A stretch of DNA of 64,000 nucleotides from Paraphysomonas bandaiensis (taxonomy: Eukaryota; Protista; Chrysophyceae). Below the pieces are notes generated by a model. It was not told where the DNA came from. It saw only the letters and a list, made by a program, of their open reading frames with translations, and searched no databases. The position numbers were made by a program, and so were the translations under genes. Positions within the stretch are counted from its first letter, which is position 1. The number at the start of each line of letters is the position of its first letter. Location of the stretch: NCBI GenBank assembly GCA_965644295.1, contig CBFFRP010000011.1, positions 1 through 64,000 on the forward strand. The letters are read 5' to 3'. Positions 11,932-28,489 of this stretch are shown here, one piece after another.

Positions 11932-14574
11932 TTATATTTCAAAAGATTCGCTTCGCACAGGACAGGCATAGTTAGGCGGTGTACGGAATACTTTACTCAG
12001 CTTCATAGTGCGATTGACATCCGTGGCTATGACAGCTCTGTGCCATTCTGCAAATGCTTCAGAAGTAGTATAATTTGTGTCGGACTGTATCGCCACGTAC
12101 AAGTCGCGTTTATATCCGTGGTGAAAACACTCGTCTATAAATGCGGAGGAAAGTACATGATTTGAAATTCCTTGCACGACGCCGTCACTAATTCTCGCTA
12201 CTGTACTCTGCAGCGTTCTATTTACTATATATCTCCAAGGGACAACGTTTCGAAGTACCCAAGAGTCATAACTGGACTGCAGTACGCACATTTAATATAG
12301 AAAGGACAAGTAGTACTAACACTCTAACCTGCATTATGAACAAAGGTACTCCAACATGTGGAATGAGATACTCTGCAAATGCACAGTCGGCAGTTGTGAC
12401 TTCCTTGTCTTGGAGACAGTATCTATTGGTCCCATGAAACATCCTCATATTGTGGAATGTAGATCGTAATGATGACGAATATCGATAAGTGCGATTCCCT
12501 ATTCTGTCCACACTAAAGTCGATATCAGGGAAGAATCCTGAATCAACAAGCCCCACGACCTTCGCTCGGTTGTTCACATTGTAGATTTGGCTCGCCATAT
12601 CATCTATCCCAAGCATCACTGCAAGTCCTATACACCAGGTCAATGTACGCATATAAAGCAATCATAAGTACAGTATGTGTACCTCCTGCAGATTGACCGG
12701 ATATAACCACCTCAACAGCCTTGTCCATGCCATGAATCTCTAGTAATTGTGATATTAGCGCCCGTCGGATGGAGTGTCCTCGATAATGCAGAGTTTTTCC
12801 CTGTCTGCAAATTAAAAATAAAACTTATCATTAAGTGAAACTCACATTAAATTTCTCTTCTGCATGTCCAGCAAAAGATCCACCATCACAGTACCGAATA
12901 TAAACGGTGTTGTAATCATACATACTAGGGTTGTCTTCTTTGTTACACGACAAATACCCTGCCACATGTGCTTGAAAACTACACGACATGCACGCATGAT
13001 ATGTCTTCGAGCTTCCACGCGGAGTGGATGAGCGTGCGTTACACATTACTCGACCCGTACACCACCCTCCACCCTCGAAAAAGATATGCCATTTGTTAGG
13101 AGAAGCTTGTGATGCATGACGAATATAAAAAGCAGGCAGACTGCCGTCAATGCAGCGAGCATGAGAAGCAACCAAATAGTGCCGTTTGTTTTCGCAGACT
13201 AAGGGAACATTCTTGTCGTAAGTGCTGAGCCGCCGAGGTGAACCCAACAATAGAGAGCGATTCCGGGGCAAATATTTTACATCAAGCAACTTTGATGATA
13301 GGCAACACTCGGGACAAGGATACGATCCGCTCTGAATATAAGATTTTCTTCCAGTGGAACCATTCAGTACGTCCCCATACCAGTGGGAGAAAGCTGCGGA
13401 TATCGTCAAGCCGTCCACTGTAGATACGGAGTCAAATTGCATGTGAAACCCATGTCGACGACAATGGGTTACAAATACTGTAGAATACAATAGTGGCTTT
13501 ATAGCAATCGTAACATTGCGCGTGATAGCATCACTGAAAGCTCTGATACTATCGGCACTAACTGAACTGCGAGGTACTACATTCTTCAACAGCCATGCAT
13601 CTACGGATGACTTCCACATAAAGTTACCAAATAGCGTTAAAACAAAATACTATACCTGTATCATGAATAGTGGTGTACGGACATAGGGTAAGACATGCTG
13701 CGCAAATATACAGTCGCTTGGACTACTAATATGATGTTTCAGGCATTCTGCGTTAGACCCCGAAAGCATGTTCATTCTCGAAAAGATAGACCTCATACTA
13801 TGACCGTACATAACATTTTCACTAAAATTGATATCAGGGAAGAATCCTGAATCAACAAGCCCCACGACCTTCGCTCGGTTGTTCACATTGTAGATTTGGC
13901 TCGCCATATCATCTATCCCAAGTATTACTGCAAGTCCTATACACCAGGTCAATGTACGCATATAAAGCAATCATAAGTACAGTATGTGTACCTCCTGCAG
14001 ATTGACCGGATATAACCACCTCAACAGCCTTGTCCATGCCATGAATCTCTAGTAATTGTGATATTAGCGCCCGTCGGATGGAGTATCCTCGATAATGCAG
14101 CGTGGTTCCTTCCTGTGGGAAAGCGATGGAACATCAGGTTATATGCATAATTTACATTCGCACTAATACATCGTCTAATTGACTGCTTGTGTTTCCACTC
14201 CAAGACCCTCCATCGCATGATCTCACATGAACATAGTTGAAGTCATGCAATACGGGGTTTTTCTCAGCTGAAGGGGACAAGTATCCCTCATATACACCCA
14301 CACATTTGTGGCTATGGGAGCTACCCAGAGACGTTTGACTACGTTTTCTACAAGAATCTGAAGTAAAGCACCATCCCGCACCTTCAAAAAACACATGCCA
14401 TTTGTTGGAAGGGAGAGCTTTCCTCTGCCGTATGAAATAAGAGGGCTTCGAGCCGTCCAGGCACACAGCTGAACTAGAAGTGATATCGTGCTTTGTATAC
14501 GCGCAGGAGGGGAGGGAATTCACCAACAGAGGGAGAAGGAAGAGTATCAGTGGTGAAGTGTGGGAGTGGAGCAT
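11932..14574 (-). CDS. Secreted pectin acetylesterase / Notum-like protein with two tandem catalytic domains
   Basis: Signal-peptide-like N-terminus. Each domain has C(L/I)DGS, FFEG(A/G)GWC, CDGGS, GQSAG, DSGFF and downstream D and H. ORF 12831-13619 runs from the end of domain 1 (YPCPECC) into domain 2 without a stop. Confidence 0.85.
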
Positions 14575-14684
14575 GGAAAGAGCAGTTAAATGTTGCTATG
14601 CTCAACTATTGATGAGACTGATAGATTTTAATGGAGCAGTGAATGAGGTTTCAGAACAAAAAGCACCATAAAGAAAGAGTAACT

Positions 14685-14925
14685 GAGAAAACAGGTAGAA
14701 TTAGACTGGAAAACAGGCCATAAAAACTGGAAAATGGGATAAAAACCACTGAGGGCTCAAAATTCGAGAAATGGGATAAAATTGAAACAAAGGGGCTTGA
14801 AACAGAAGAATTGGACCAATACTAGTAAAAAAGTGGGCATAAAACAAGACAAATGGGATAAATCATACGCAAAAGGGCATAAAAATGATGAAAAGGGCAG
14901 ATAAATGGGACAAATGGGCATGATA
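14685..14925. repeat. Degenerate purine-rich minisatellite-like tract
   Basis: Recurring AAATGGGATAAA / AAAGGGCATAAAA / ACTGGAAAA units. Confidence 0.55.
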
Positions 14926-15521
14926 TGATATCCTTTTTTGCATTGTGTATGGTATTGTTTAGAGTTCTCCAGCTAGATCTGTTGCAGAATAATCGAAATC
15001 TTAGTTCTCTTCACACATCCGTGAAGTCTCTGACACCATTCGCAATTGGATTGAAGTCCTAAACTTAAATAAGCACTCCGTGAGGTTCAAATATATTTTG
15101 CTGATATTACAGCCATGAAAATCGACAATAATGTAAATTACATTTTTTCCAATGTAAAATACGCGGTTTTGTCAGAAATACAACAGTATTGTGTACGTAC
15201 CATGACATCGTAATTGTCCTTTATTGAAATTTTGTTGTTGACATCTGACGATTATCGAGTTCCAGTATACAGTGTATTTCTGTTGCGCTTTCCACTACGC
15301 ACATACAGCAGCACACGTACACAAGTGTACAGAGTAGGAGACGAGCGATACACCAGCATGGCATGGGAACAGCTCAGCTGAGTTTTGAATGGATTATTAT
15401 CGTAATAACTTATCGTTGATTTACAGTTATAACTCCTATTCGACCACCTCATACATGTCTTCCCATTACACGTGATATCCTAGTGACGAACTGTCCTCAT
15501 CTGTCGTTTATATATATATAT

Positions 15522-16019
15522 ATGCCAACAAAGTCTACTACAGTCTGCCCTGAGTCTGATCGAGGGAAATCTCATTGCGAATATGGATCACATATAGCAC
15601 AGAATGAAACGTTCCTCCCTCGTCTTCACCCTACTGTTGGAGGGGTACCGGAGAAGGTCGTTCGCGTCAGTCCTATTAAAACGAAGCCCTATTTATACAT
15701 CCGATCCAAGACATACAAGAAGAAGAAACGAGAGATTGAGAAGAACAAGGAGGTGTATACTGGCATCTACAAAGATGGATATCTTACTCCTTTTGAGCGC
15801 CAGAAGAAAGAGTATGCAGAATCTCGAAAGAATTTCATTGGGGGTGAGTTTAGACGGTTCAGTGGCGTCGCGTCAGAAATTCCACTGAGAAAGGAGGGTT
15901 GTGTACGAGCAAGTGGTGCTTACCTCCCACCAATTCCAGTTTTACACCCGAAAGACTACTCCAAACCGAAGTTTGGAGCATGGCACCCATCATTTGGTTC
16001 AACTAATTCGCTTGTATAG
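15522..16019 (+). CDS. Hypothetical basic protein (~165 aa)
   Basis: Single ORF with coding-like composition. No recognised domain. Confidence 0.6.
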   Translation: MPTKSTTVCPESDRGKSHCEYGSHIAQNETFLPRLHPTVGGVPEKVVRVSPIKTKPYLYIRSKTYKKKKREIEKNKEVYTGIYKDGYLTPFERQKKEYAESRKNFIGGEFRRFSGVASEIPLRKEGCVRASGAYLPPIPVLHPKDYSKPKFGAWHPSFGSTNSLV

Positions 16020-16416
16020 TACCTGCGATATGTGCAGGCTCTATTAATTGACCAAAAATTTTCAAGCTAATATATTGTGTGCATAGATTATATAGTTTAT
16101 TGTTAAGTTTGGTCGCAAACACTACCGAAATATTTCAACATGCCAAGTGATCAGCTTGTGTAATAATGATATATTTTTGAAACACTTTGGTTGAACACAA
16201 CTCTTCAAGCTTCATCATCGTGTTTCTAATGTCGCGATAGCATTGAATAATCAGTACCGTCGTGAGGAACACTGATTGGTGGTGGATTAGCCAAATTTTC
16301 CATCTATATTGTTAAGTTTTACTGTAAAGGTTTAAGGTAGCTCACAATATATTGCAATCAATATTACAGGAGTATATATGTATTATGTATATATACCGCT
16401 GGAAATATATTTGTCC

Positions 16417-16581
16417 CTACTAAATATTTCATTTGTTCCTACTAAACTAAAAATGGCAGCTGAGCCTACTACTTCTTGCAGATATTCTTCCCAACATAAA
16501 ACTTTTATTTATTCGATTAAACTTAAATACAGCTCAGCTGCCAGTTTTAGTTTAGTAGGAACGTCTGTTCAAATTTAGTAG
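16417..16581. mobile_element. Palindromic MITE-like element
   Basis: Inverted arms 16435-16465 and 16532-16562 match at 30/31, with outer CTACTAAAT/ATTTAGTAG. Confidence 0.65.
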
Positions 16582-16942
16582 ATTTAAAAATGACACCATA
16601 TATACTACAAGATTCATCATTGTAAGGTGAAAAATACAGGTGTTTATGTATTCAAATATCTCGAAAATAAAAGAAACCCATTTTTTTAATTGGTGATGTT
16701 AAATATTAAATAATAGGGTTCAGTAACACACACTATATACTATGTACTAGGGGAGACAGTAAGGTTGTGTTGTTGTAGGATAATTGCAGCAACGCATGAA
16801 TTACAATTACGTACTTCGGAGTAGATTGCGCAGTTAGTTATGTTGTTTTCTGGTTATATACATCGCTCCCTCTATAGCACTTTTACATTTATACATGTGC
16901 AGTATTTCTTATAGTAGAATATATATATCAAATATATCATAT

Positions 16943-17080
16943 CAGGGATTGGTAACAGTTAGTGGAAATGGCATTATAAATGCCGGGACATTTTTTAATA
17001 GTGCCATCATAATTGCCTGGAACTGGACAACCATTAACGGGCCATTAATGGTTAAATGGTTACATGATTAACAGGTCCTG
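16943..17080. mobile_element. hAT-like MITE
   Basis: Imperfect TIRs CAGGGATTGGTAAC ... ATTAACAGGTCCTG, flanked by a near-duplicated TATCATA. The internal sequence recurs at about 59107-59158. Confidence 0.6.
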
Positions 17081-17341
17081 TTATCATAATATACCATATA
17101 CTGACAAGTAGAGACACCTGAAAACAGAACTGTATTCAAAAGTAGAGATATTTACAGCAGTTTTTGGAGTCCGGATGAAGGTGAAGCTATTAAAATATAC
17201 TTGTAATAGCATAATGCTGACTGAATTACGTTACGAGAGATAAGTGAAATTGTCATGTTGTAGAGCGTAGAGTTGTAGCACTGTGATTATGGAGACACAA
17301 CACCAATATTCTATTCTACAAATTGTATCTTTAACAGCTAC

Positions 17342-20300
17342 ACAACTACCACATTTAGACAACGGATCGTCTGCCATACTCCCTCCTGAGGTGGCAGCCA
17401 ACAGACTAGCGGCCATCCATCACATAACCCTCCAGGCTTCGCTTGAAGCGAAGCGTCCTGCATGTACTTATAGCACACGACTACACGAACGTTGTCAGCG
17501 CAAACGCTCAAAGTTCAAGAATGGCTTTTCCCCGGAAATGAGAGTAATACAGGAAGGAATGATCATGGTTTTGCGGATTATCCAAAAGATGTTCAATTCT
17601 GCCGGATACAAACGGCATGGATGGCGCGGCCCCCCGGCAACCACCCCCACCCACGAAATCATCACTGCATGGTTCATCCGATGGGACTCCTATCTCAGGA
17701 GTTCTCAGGGTCACATCAAAGGCATATCAGACATCAACTTCTGGTGCAGCCATCGCAACGCGGACCCACGAGTAATCCTGGGTTGGAACGAAAAGCAAGC
17801 CACCAAGAAAAACCTTCTCCGAATTGCCTTGCGACTGAGAGGACTTCTTCATGGAAGAGCCAGGACAGAAATGCGGACTAGACTCACGGCTCGCACCAAT
17901 CAGATGGAGGCACTGCTACAGCAGAAAAGACTTCAAGCAATTCTTCAGAAAATTGGTCTCAAGGTCAAAACACCACTCCGACTTACCACGGTGAAAACAA
18001 CTGACGGACACATCCTCACAACACCGCAAGACATTCATGAAGGCATTAATGCGCACTTCCGTGAACATCATGCCAAACCTCCTGGACTTGACCCTGTAGC
18101 ACAACAGCTCCAGGATGACCCTACATGGTGGAAATCCCTTCTTGATCCGGGCTCAGCGACATGCCAGGAACCACTCCACCCCCGCTCGAAAATCCCTCTT
18201 CCCCTGCAACTGGGGTTACGACGGGCCCTTTGTACCAAGACCACTCCGGCCATGGCAGCCACACTCAAATCTACTCTTGCAAAAGACATCACCCAGGATG
18301 AATTCTACTGCACACTTCACTCTCTCTCCTTCAACCGCGCGCCTGGACCCTCAATGGTCTCCTCCAACATGGTCAAATCCTGGCCACCGGTAGTTCAGCG
18401 AGAGGCTTACATCCTCACCAGATCTCTCTGGAAACATAAACATGTGCCCATTTGGTGGAGAGACAGGGTAATGTCTCCCATTCTCAAGAAACCAGGAGAA
18501 TCCTCCCTCACTAATCTCCGACCGATTGGTCTGCTTGAAGTCAGTAGGAAAATATTAACAAGGATAATCACTCATAGAATTCTTACCGTATGGGAGGAAC
18601 AGAAAGTTTTGCATCCGTCCCAGCATGGTTATCGCTGGAGGAACGGGACGGACACAGCGATACTAAGGGTACTCGCGGCTGCAGAAGAAGCAAGACGAAA
18701 AGGCGACCAGCATATATGTACACTCTGGGACTTCAAGAAGGCCTTCGACTCAATTGCGCCTAACCTCATGCGTCTCGCGTGGGCACGACTGGGCGTTCCG
18801 GACGATGTAGTTGACTGGTTTGGCAACTTAGATGCCGGCGGTCTAACATTTCCCTGGACACCATTCATGGCAAACAACATAGAGCCACGTTCTCTCCTTC
18901 TTGACCTCCTGTCCGCAGACGGCCACTTCATTGCACTATTCAGTCTGGGTTTCGAAGCCGAAAGGGGTATCACCCAAGGGGGCACAGAATCCACATGCGC
19001 CTGGGTGGCACTCTACGACATCCTTCTCACGTGGCTGGACATTGAACTGTCAACAACGAGTCCAACGTTACCAACTATTCAACTCACGACTCCGACTACC
19101 GGCGAAATAAAGATCTCCTTCGCGGATGATCTTAACACAATAGCTAAATCCATACACGCTGCCCAACTCATTGCCCAACAAATATCTGCGTTCTGCGTAC
19201 TTTCGGGAATGGAACTCTCTATCCCCAAAGTAGTTTGCACAGTGTTTCCGATCCTACAAGATTCCAACAAGTCCTCCGACCCCATTGGCTACATCATTCT
19301 CTACGACTGGTCGTGGCGTCCACACCCAGTCCCTATCCAAACATCACTAGAGTCGATACATTACCTCGGAGCAGACCTTCCTCTCACAATCACAGACAAG
19401 GCCTCCCATGATTGGTGTCTAAAATACCTGAAAGTCGTGACCACACACCTAGGGATTAAACAGGCCTCAGCCGGCTGTAAAGTCATGGTTATCGAGACCC
19501 AAATCATACCGACTTTGCTCTATAGAGCCACCAAAGCTTCATGGCCGCTACACTGGTACAGAGAAATTGACGCTGCTTGCGCAACCCTCTACAGAAAGGC
19601 CCTCAGTCTAGGCCCTGGATACCCCACGGAACTGATCTACCTCTCACTCAAGCACAACGGATTAGGTATGAAACGTTTCTCAGACTCGGCGCAGGAGCAA
19701 AAATGGGGATCTCTACAGCGCGCAATAACCCTCGGGGGAGAAGCAGGTCAAGCAGCACATTTTCTACTCACTCAGACAACAGAGCCACAGCCCCAATACC
19801 ACCACTATGTTCTCAGCCTCAGGGAATGGGGAACGGAATTGGGCCTTACCCTTCAGCAACCTGAGCCCCCCGAACCACAGGATGAACACATGCTGACCAA
19901 TCTAAAACAAGAACTCGGCCTTAATAGCGTCCAACCAGATACTTTCAAGGCAATCTTCACAGATGGATCATACACAGCCAGTGCGCTCTCCACGCGTCGC
20001 CTCACTCATGTCAATCCGCGAACACGATGGACACACCGAGGAGGTGCAGCGGTCGTCTACTTACCCCCAGAAAATGCCTGGGAAGATGGTACAACCATAA
20101 TACTACGACTAGATACACCCTTTCGTGATGTGCCAGGTTTGGACTCATACGCATATGAACTCATAGGCACAGCCATGGGGCTTATACTCTCAACACGCAT
20201 TCCCGAACACATAAGAAGCCACACAGACTGTCAGGCAGTGTGCACCCGTACTGAGGAAGCACTCTCCACAAGACGCAGAGCTCTCGGTCACCGTGCAAAA

Positions 20301-21689
20301 GGGGTACTACTCGAAAGCATCGCGGCCAGTAGAGATTGCAAACGACAGGTGACCTGGGTGAGGTCCCATCCCGAACGACGTACCACAGATGAAACGGAGT
20401 GGACGTTTGAGGACAAGGGCATCTATATTGCGGACGCAGTCGCGGGTGAAGACTGGCATGAAGTCGATCGCATCCTTGGAAAAAATAACTACACTGTCTG
20501 TACAATTGCGATTGACAGTGCCATTGAACGCTTACTAACCGCTGGATTATGGCACTGGCGTTTGCACAGTACAAGACGGCCATACTACTCTAGCCCACTC
20601 CTTACTGATTTCCAAGATCTCTGCGACCTAAGGACACTTGAGAACTACACTTCAACCAGAGATCAACGCTACGGAAACAATCCTGATCGAGCGCCTGGCT
20701 ACTGGACCAATAGCGGAGTACACCTCCCGCGCAAACTAGCTCAAGCGGATGGCAGTGCATCCAAAGACAAACTCAGCTCAAATCTACGCCAAAGAATTCT
20801 CAACACGGCACTGACATGGGACAAATCTTTCTGCATAGGGAGGAACCGGGCCAAAACCAAACAGGGGCTTGACCTGACCAAAGCCGCATGCTCTGACTGC
20901 GGGTTTCGACTAGATTCCCTAAAACATATGTGCCTCGACTGCACACATGAATCCATCACCCAAATAAGGGAAACTGCATTTCAATCGCATAAAAATGTGC
21001 TACACGAAATACAGAGAACTCAGAACTTACCCAACTGGATCACATCTGCACTACGGAGACTCTCCAGCAGAGCCTGGAATCCCTCCATCCCACAGGTCGA
21101 GAGATACTGGACTGGAACCATCACAGCAGCCCAACTGGAAACGGTCTTCGGAGATGACATACACAACCACCTGACGGCTCACAGTCTACGGAACCTAGAA
21201 ACAGTGGTTATTAATCTCCTGCAACCGCTTTACACTGCAGCGAAGCTTATGTTACAGGATCGCGGTTGTCGCTATATCACCATGTCCAAAAGGCCGCCCA
21301 GGCTACTCCCGAGACCCCGTCCGAAACGCAGTCAGTCAAGACAACGTCCGAGAGTCCTTCGACTACTAGGGGTCCAACGAAGACCCCCCACAGCGTATCC
21401 GACTCCAGACACACGTGCACACCTCACAGGTCCTACCCGACAGAGCACTGGACTGCCCAGACCTCCACAACGCCGACGGCTTCGACAACTCTATCTACAC
21501 CCGCGGCCCCACAGGAGCACAGTAACACATACTACAAACCCAACTCCTCCTCCCAACAATCCCCACCACTCCCAACCCACACATCTGGAACTAGGTGCAC
21601 TCAGGACCCTAATTCAGAATGCTGAGCCCCCTCCAAAACCAATGGAGAACCATCCCAAAGGGAGACCCCCAGATCAAAAGCGCCGGTGA
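17342..21689 (+). CDS. LINE pol ORF, N-terminally truncated: reverse transcriptase, RNase H, zinc knuckle
   Basis: RT motifs RAPGP, NLRPIGL, QHGYR, DFKKAFD, GITQG, FADD, YLG. RNase H motifs IFTDGS, YELIG, HTDCQ, WVRSH, IAD. Zinc knuckle CSDC-x8-HMCLDC. The first ~19 aa of the listed ORF lie in host DNA. Confidence 0.92.
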
Positions 21690-21920
21690 GTCCACGGACA
21701 CACGATAAAGGCGAATTTCATATCACCCAAAAAGAACGGAAGTGGTTGCACCTTGGTGCTTGCGGCGACGCACAAGCAGCTTTCGTAGCGTTAAATAGTA
21801 GGATAAAAGAGTTTGTATTGATTAGTTACGGGTAGTGGTCTAACTAGTATGACTAGCATTCTTCTAGCCACTAATTGATGCAAGGTCTCAACGCCTATTG
21901 CTAAATAATCAGACATTCAC
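17342..21920 (+). mobile_element. 5'-truncated non-LTR retrotransposon (LINE) with RT + RNase H + CCHC
   Basis: 10-bp direct repeat TAACAGCTAC at 17332-17341 and 21921-21930 (TSD). Long intronless ORF with a C/A-rich composition shift. Confidence 0.92.
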
Positions 21921-22405
21921 TAACAGCTACTCCTATATTGTTGTCCTGTAGGTTTTGTATTTCATTGCTACATAGAATACATGATGGCTACTAGCGATAA
22001 GCTTCAACAAACTTCAAGTACGCACATAGGAGTTGGTTGTAGTATAATGGAAGTAAACAATCACGAATGCAAGATCTGCGCTTCTACTCAGCTACTCAGA
22101 AAGGTCACAACAAACCCAAAAGTTGATGTATATCTTCAAGTAACAATATAAAATGTAATCTACAAAATGGAAAAAGTAACTAATTCACTTATTATCCTTG
22201 AACAGTTCAACATCAAAAACATTGCTTTTGAGTTTTGTGGACAGGTAGCTATTCTGGCTCTTGAACGAATATGCCCAGGTGATATCACTAGCTACTATAG
22301 TAACTCGCCTTGAGTGAACCCAACCAACTATAAAAGCAATGCCTAACGGGCAGCCTAAACAACATCACATCGACTACATTTGATACATAGTAAGTGTGAA
22401 CATTT

Positions 22406-27191
<4,786 letters not shown>

Positions 27192-27652
27192 GGAGGATTA
27201 GGGAACCAAACACGCGTGGAATCGATGAAAAACTCCTCAATGGGGTTAGTGCAGCTAAATACAGCAATACCCGACGAAAAGTATCCTTATTACGGTGTTC
27301 ACACTCTGCGGATCAATCAGAAACACTCACACATAACTTCACGACTGTATTTTTATTAGTTTGGAATTTGAATTCAGGGCTGCTGCTCGTGGTGGTATAG
27401 TTTCTAGATAGAAAATCTAAAATCTAGGAATTTATAGTGTTGTGCTCTAAAAAAATAAGGATTTGGTATATAATCTCTAAAACCGCGCACTGTGATGTGC
27501 ATCAGTACATACCATTGCATGGTACAGCAGAATACACATACAGATGTACTTGTGGATAGAGTTTGTACGGATGGCAATTTTGCAGTATATTTTCTATCAA
27601 TAAATTCAGTCTCGCATACCACTGTAACAAACACTTACATACCACATATTAA

Positions 27653-28489
27653 ATGTCGACTGTCTACGTGGGTAATCTTGATTTTGATGCCAACTCTGGC
27701 GATCTTCGCCGTGAATTCGACCGATATGGACGGCTTCGTGATGTTTGGGTTGCAAGGAGACCACCAGGTTAACAGTCGTCTTGTTTATTTTCCCGTATAA
27801 TGCTTTAATCAGGGTTTGCATTTGTTGAGTTTGAAGATAGGAGAGATGCTGAGGATGCTGTCAGGGATATGGACGGGCGGTATATTTTGAATAAAAGGAT
27901 TCGTGCTGAAATCAGCCGTCGCGGTGGCGCTCGCAATGATCGCGGTGGCGGGGATAGAAACCCCCGTGGCCCTCCTCAGCGCACTCCTCATAGAATTAAG
28001 ATCACAGGACTTCCAGACAATGCATCTTGGAAGGAACTGAAAGATATGTTCAGACGTGATACTGAGCCCGTATATGTCGACCTTCGAGGACGTGGTACAG
28101 CTGTTGCTGAGTTCGCGGAGGCGGGCGACGTTGGCCGCGCTATCGAACTTTTTGACGATACCAAAATCATGGGGAGCTACATCCGCATTGAGCGTGACGA
28201 AACAGATGGCAACGAGAGGTCCGACAGTTGGCAGCGAGTATCTCGCCCCCCACGCCGTGGAGGCGACAGGTCCCGTTCACGTTCTAGAGGGAGAAACCAC
28301 AGGGACCGCTCCAGGAGCCGTGACAGGGACTCCCGTCGAAGAAGATCGCCTTCTCCAGAACCGCGCAGAAGACGCTCACCATCTCGCTCTCGCTCCGGTG
28401 AGGCGGAGAGAAGAGACCGAAGCAACTCCGGTGCAGAGGCTAACGGAGGTGATAGAAACGACACCCGGCGCTCTCCTTCTCCTGTCTAG
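27653..28489 (+). CDS. SR splicing factor (RRM + pseudo-RRM + RS domain; ASF/SF2-like)
   Basis: VYVGNL and WVARRPPG|FAFVEF across intron 27768-27812, SWKELKD, and an RS-rich tail. Confidence 0.92.

Noticed and set aside
17283-17341. Apparent start of the 1468-aa ORF
   Set aside because: It lies upstream of or within the TSD, so it is host DNA fortuitously in frame.
21681-21716. Hammerhead-like look of CCGGTGAGTCC..GGAC...GAA
   Set aside because: The core reads CCGGUGA rather than CUGANGA, GAAA does not follow stem II, and no stem III/NUH is found.
21786-21806. CGTTAAATAG resembling a pistol ribozyme segment
   Set aside because: No matching P1, pseudoknot or P2/P3, and the downstream sequence is not conserved between copies.
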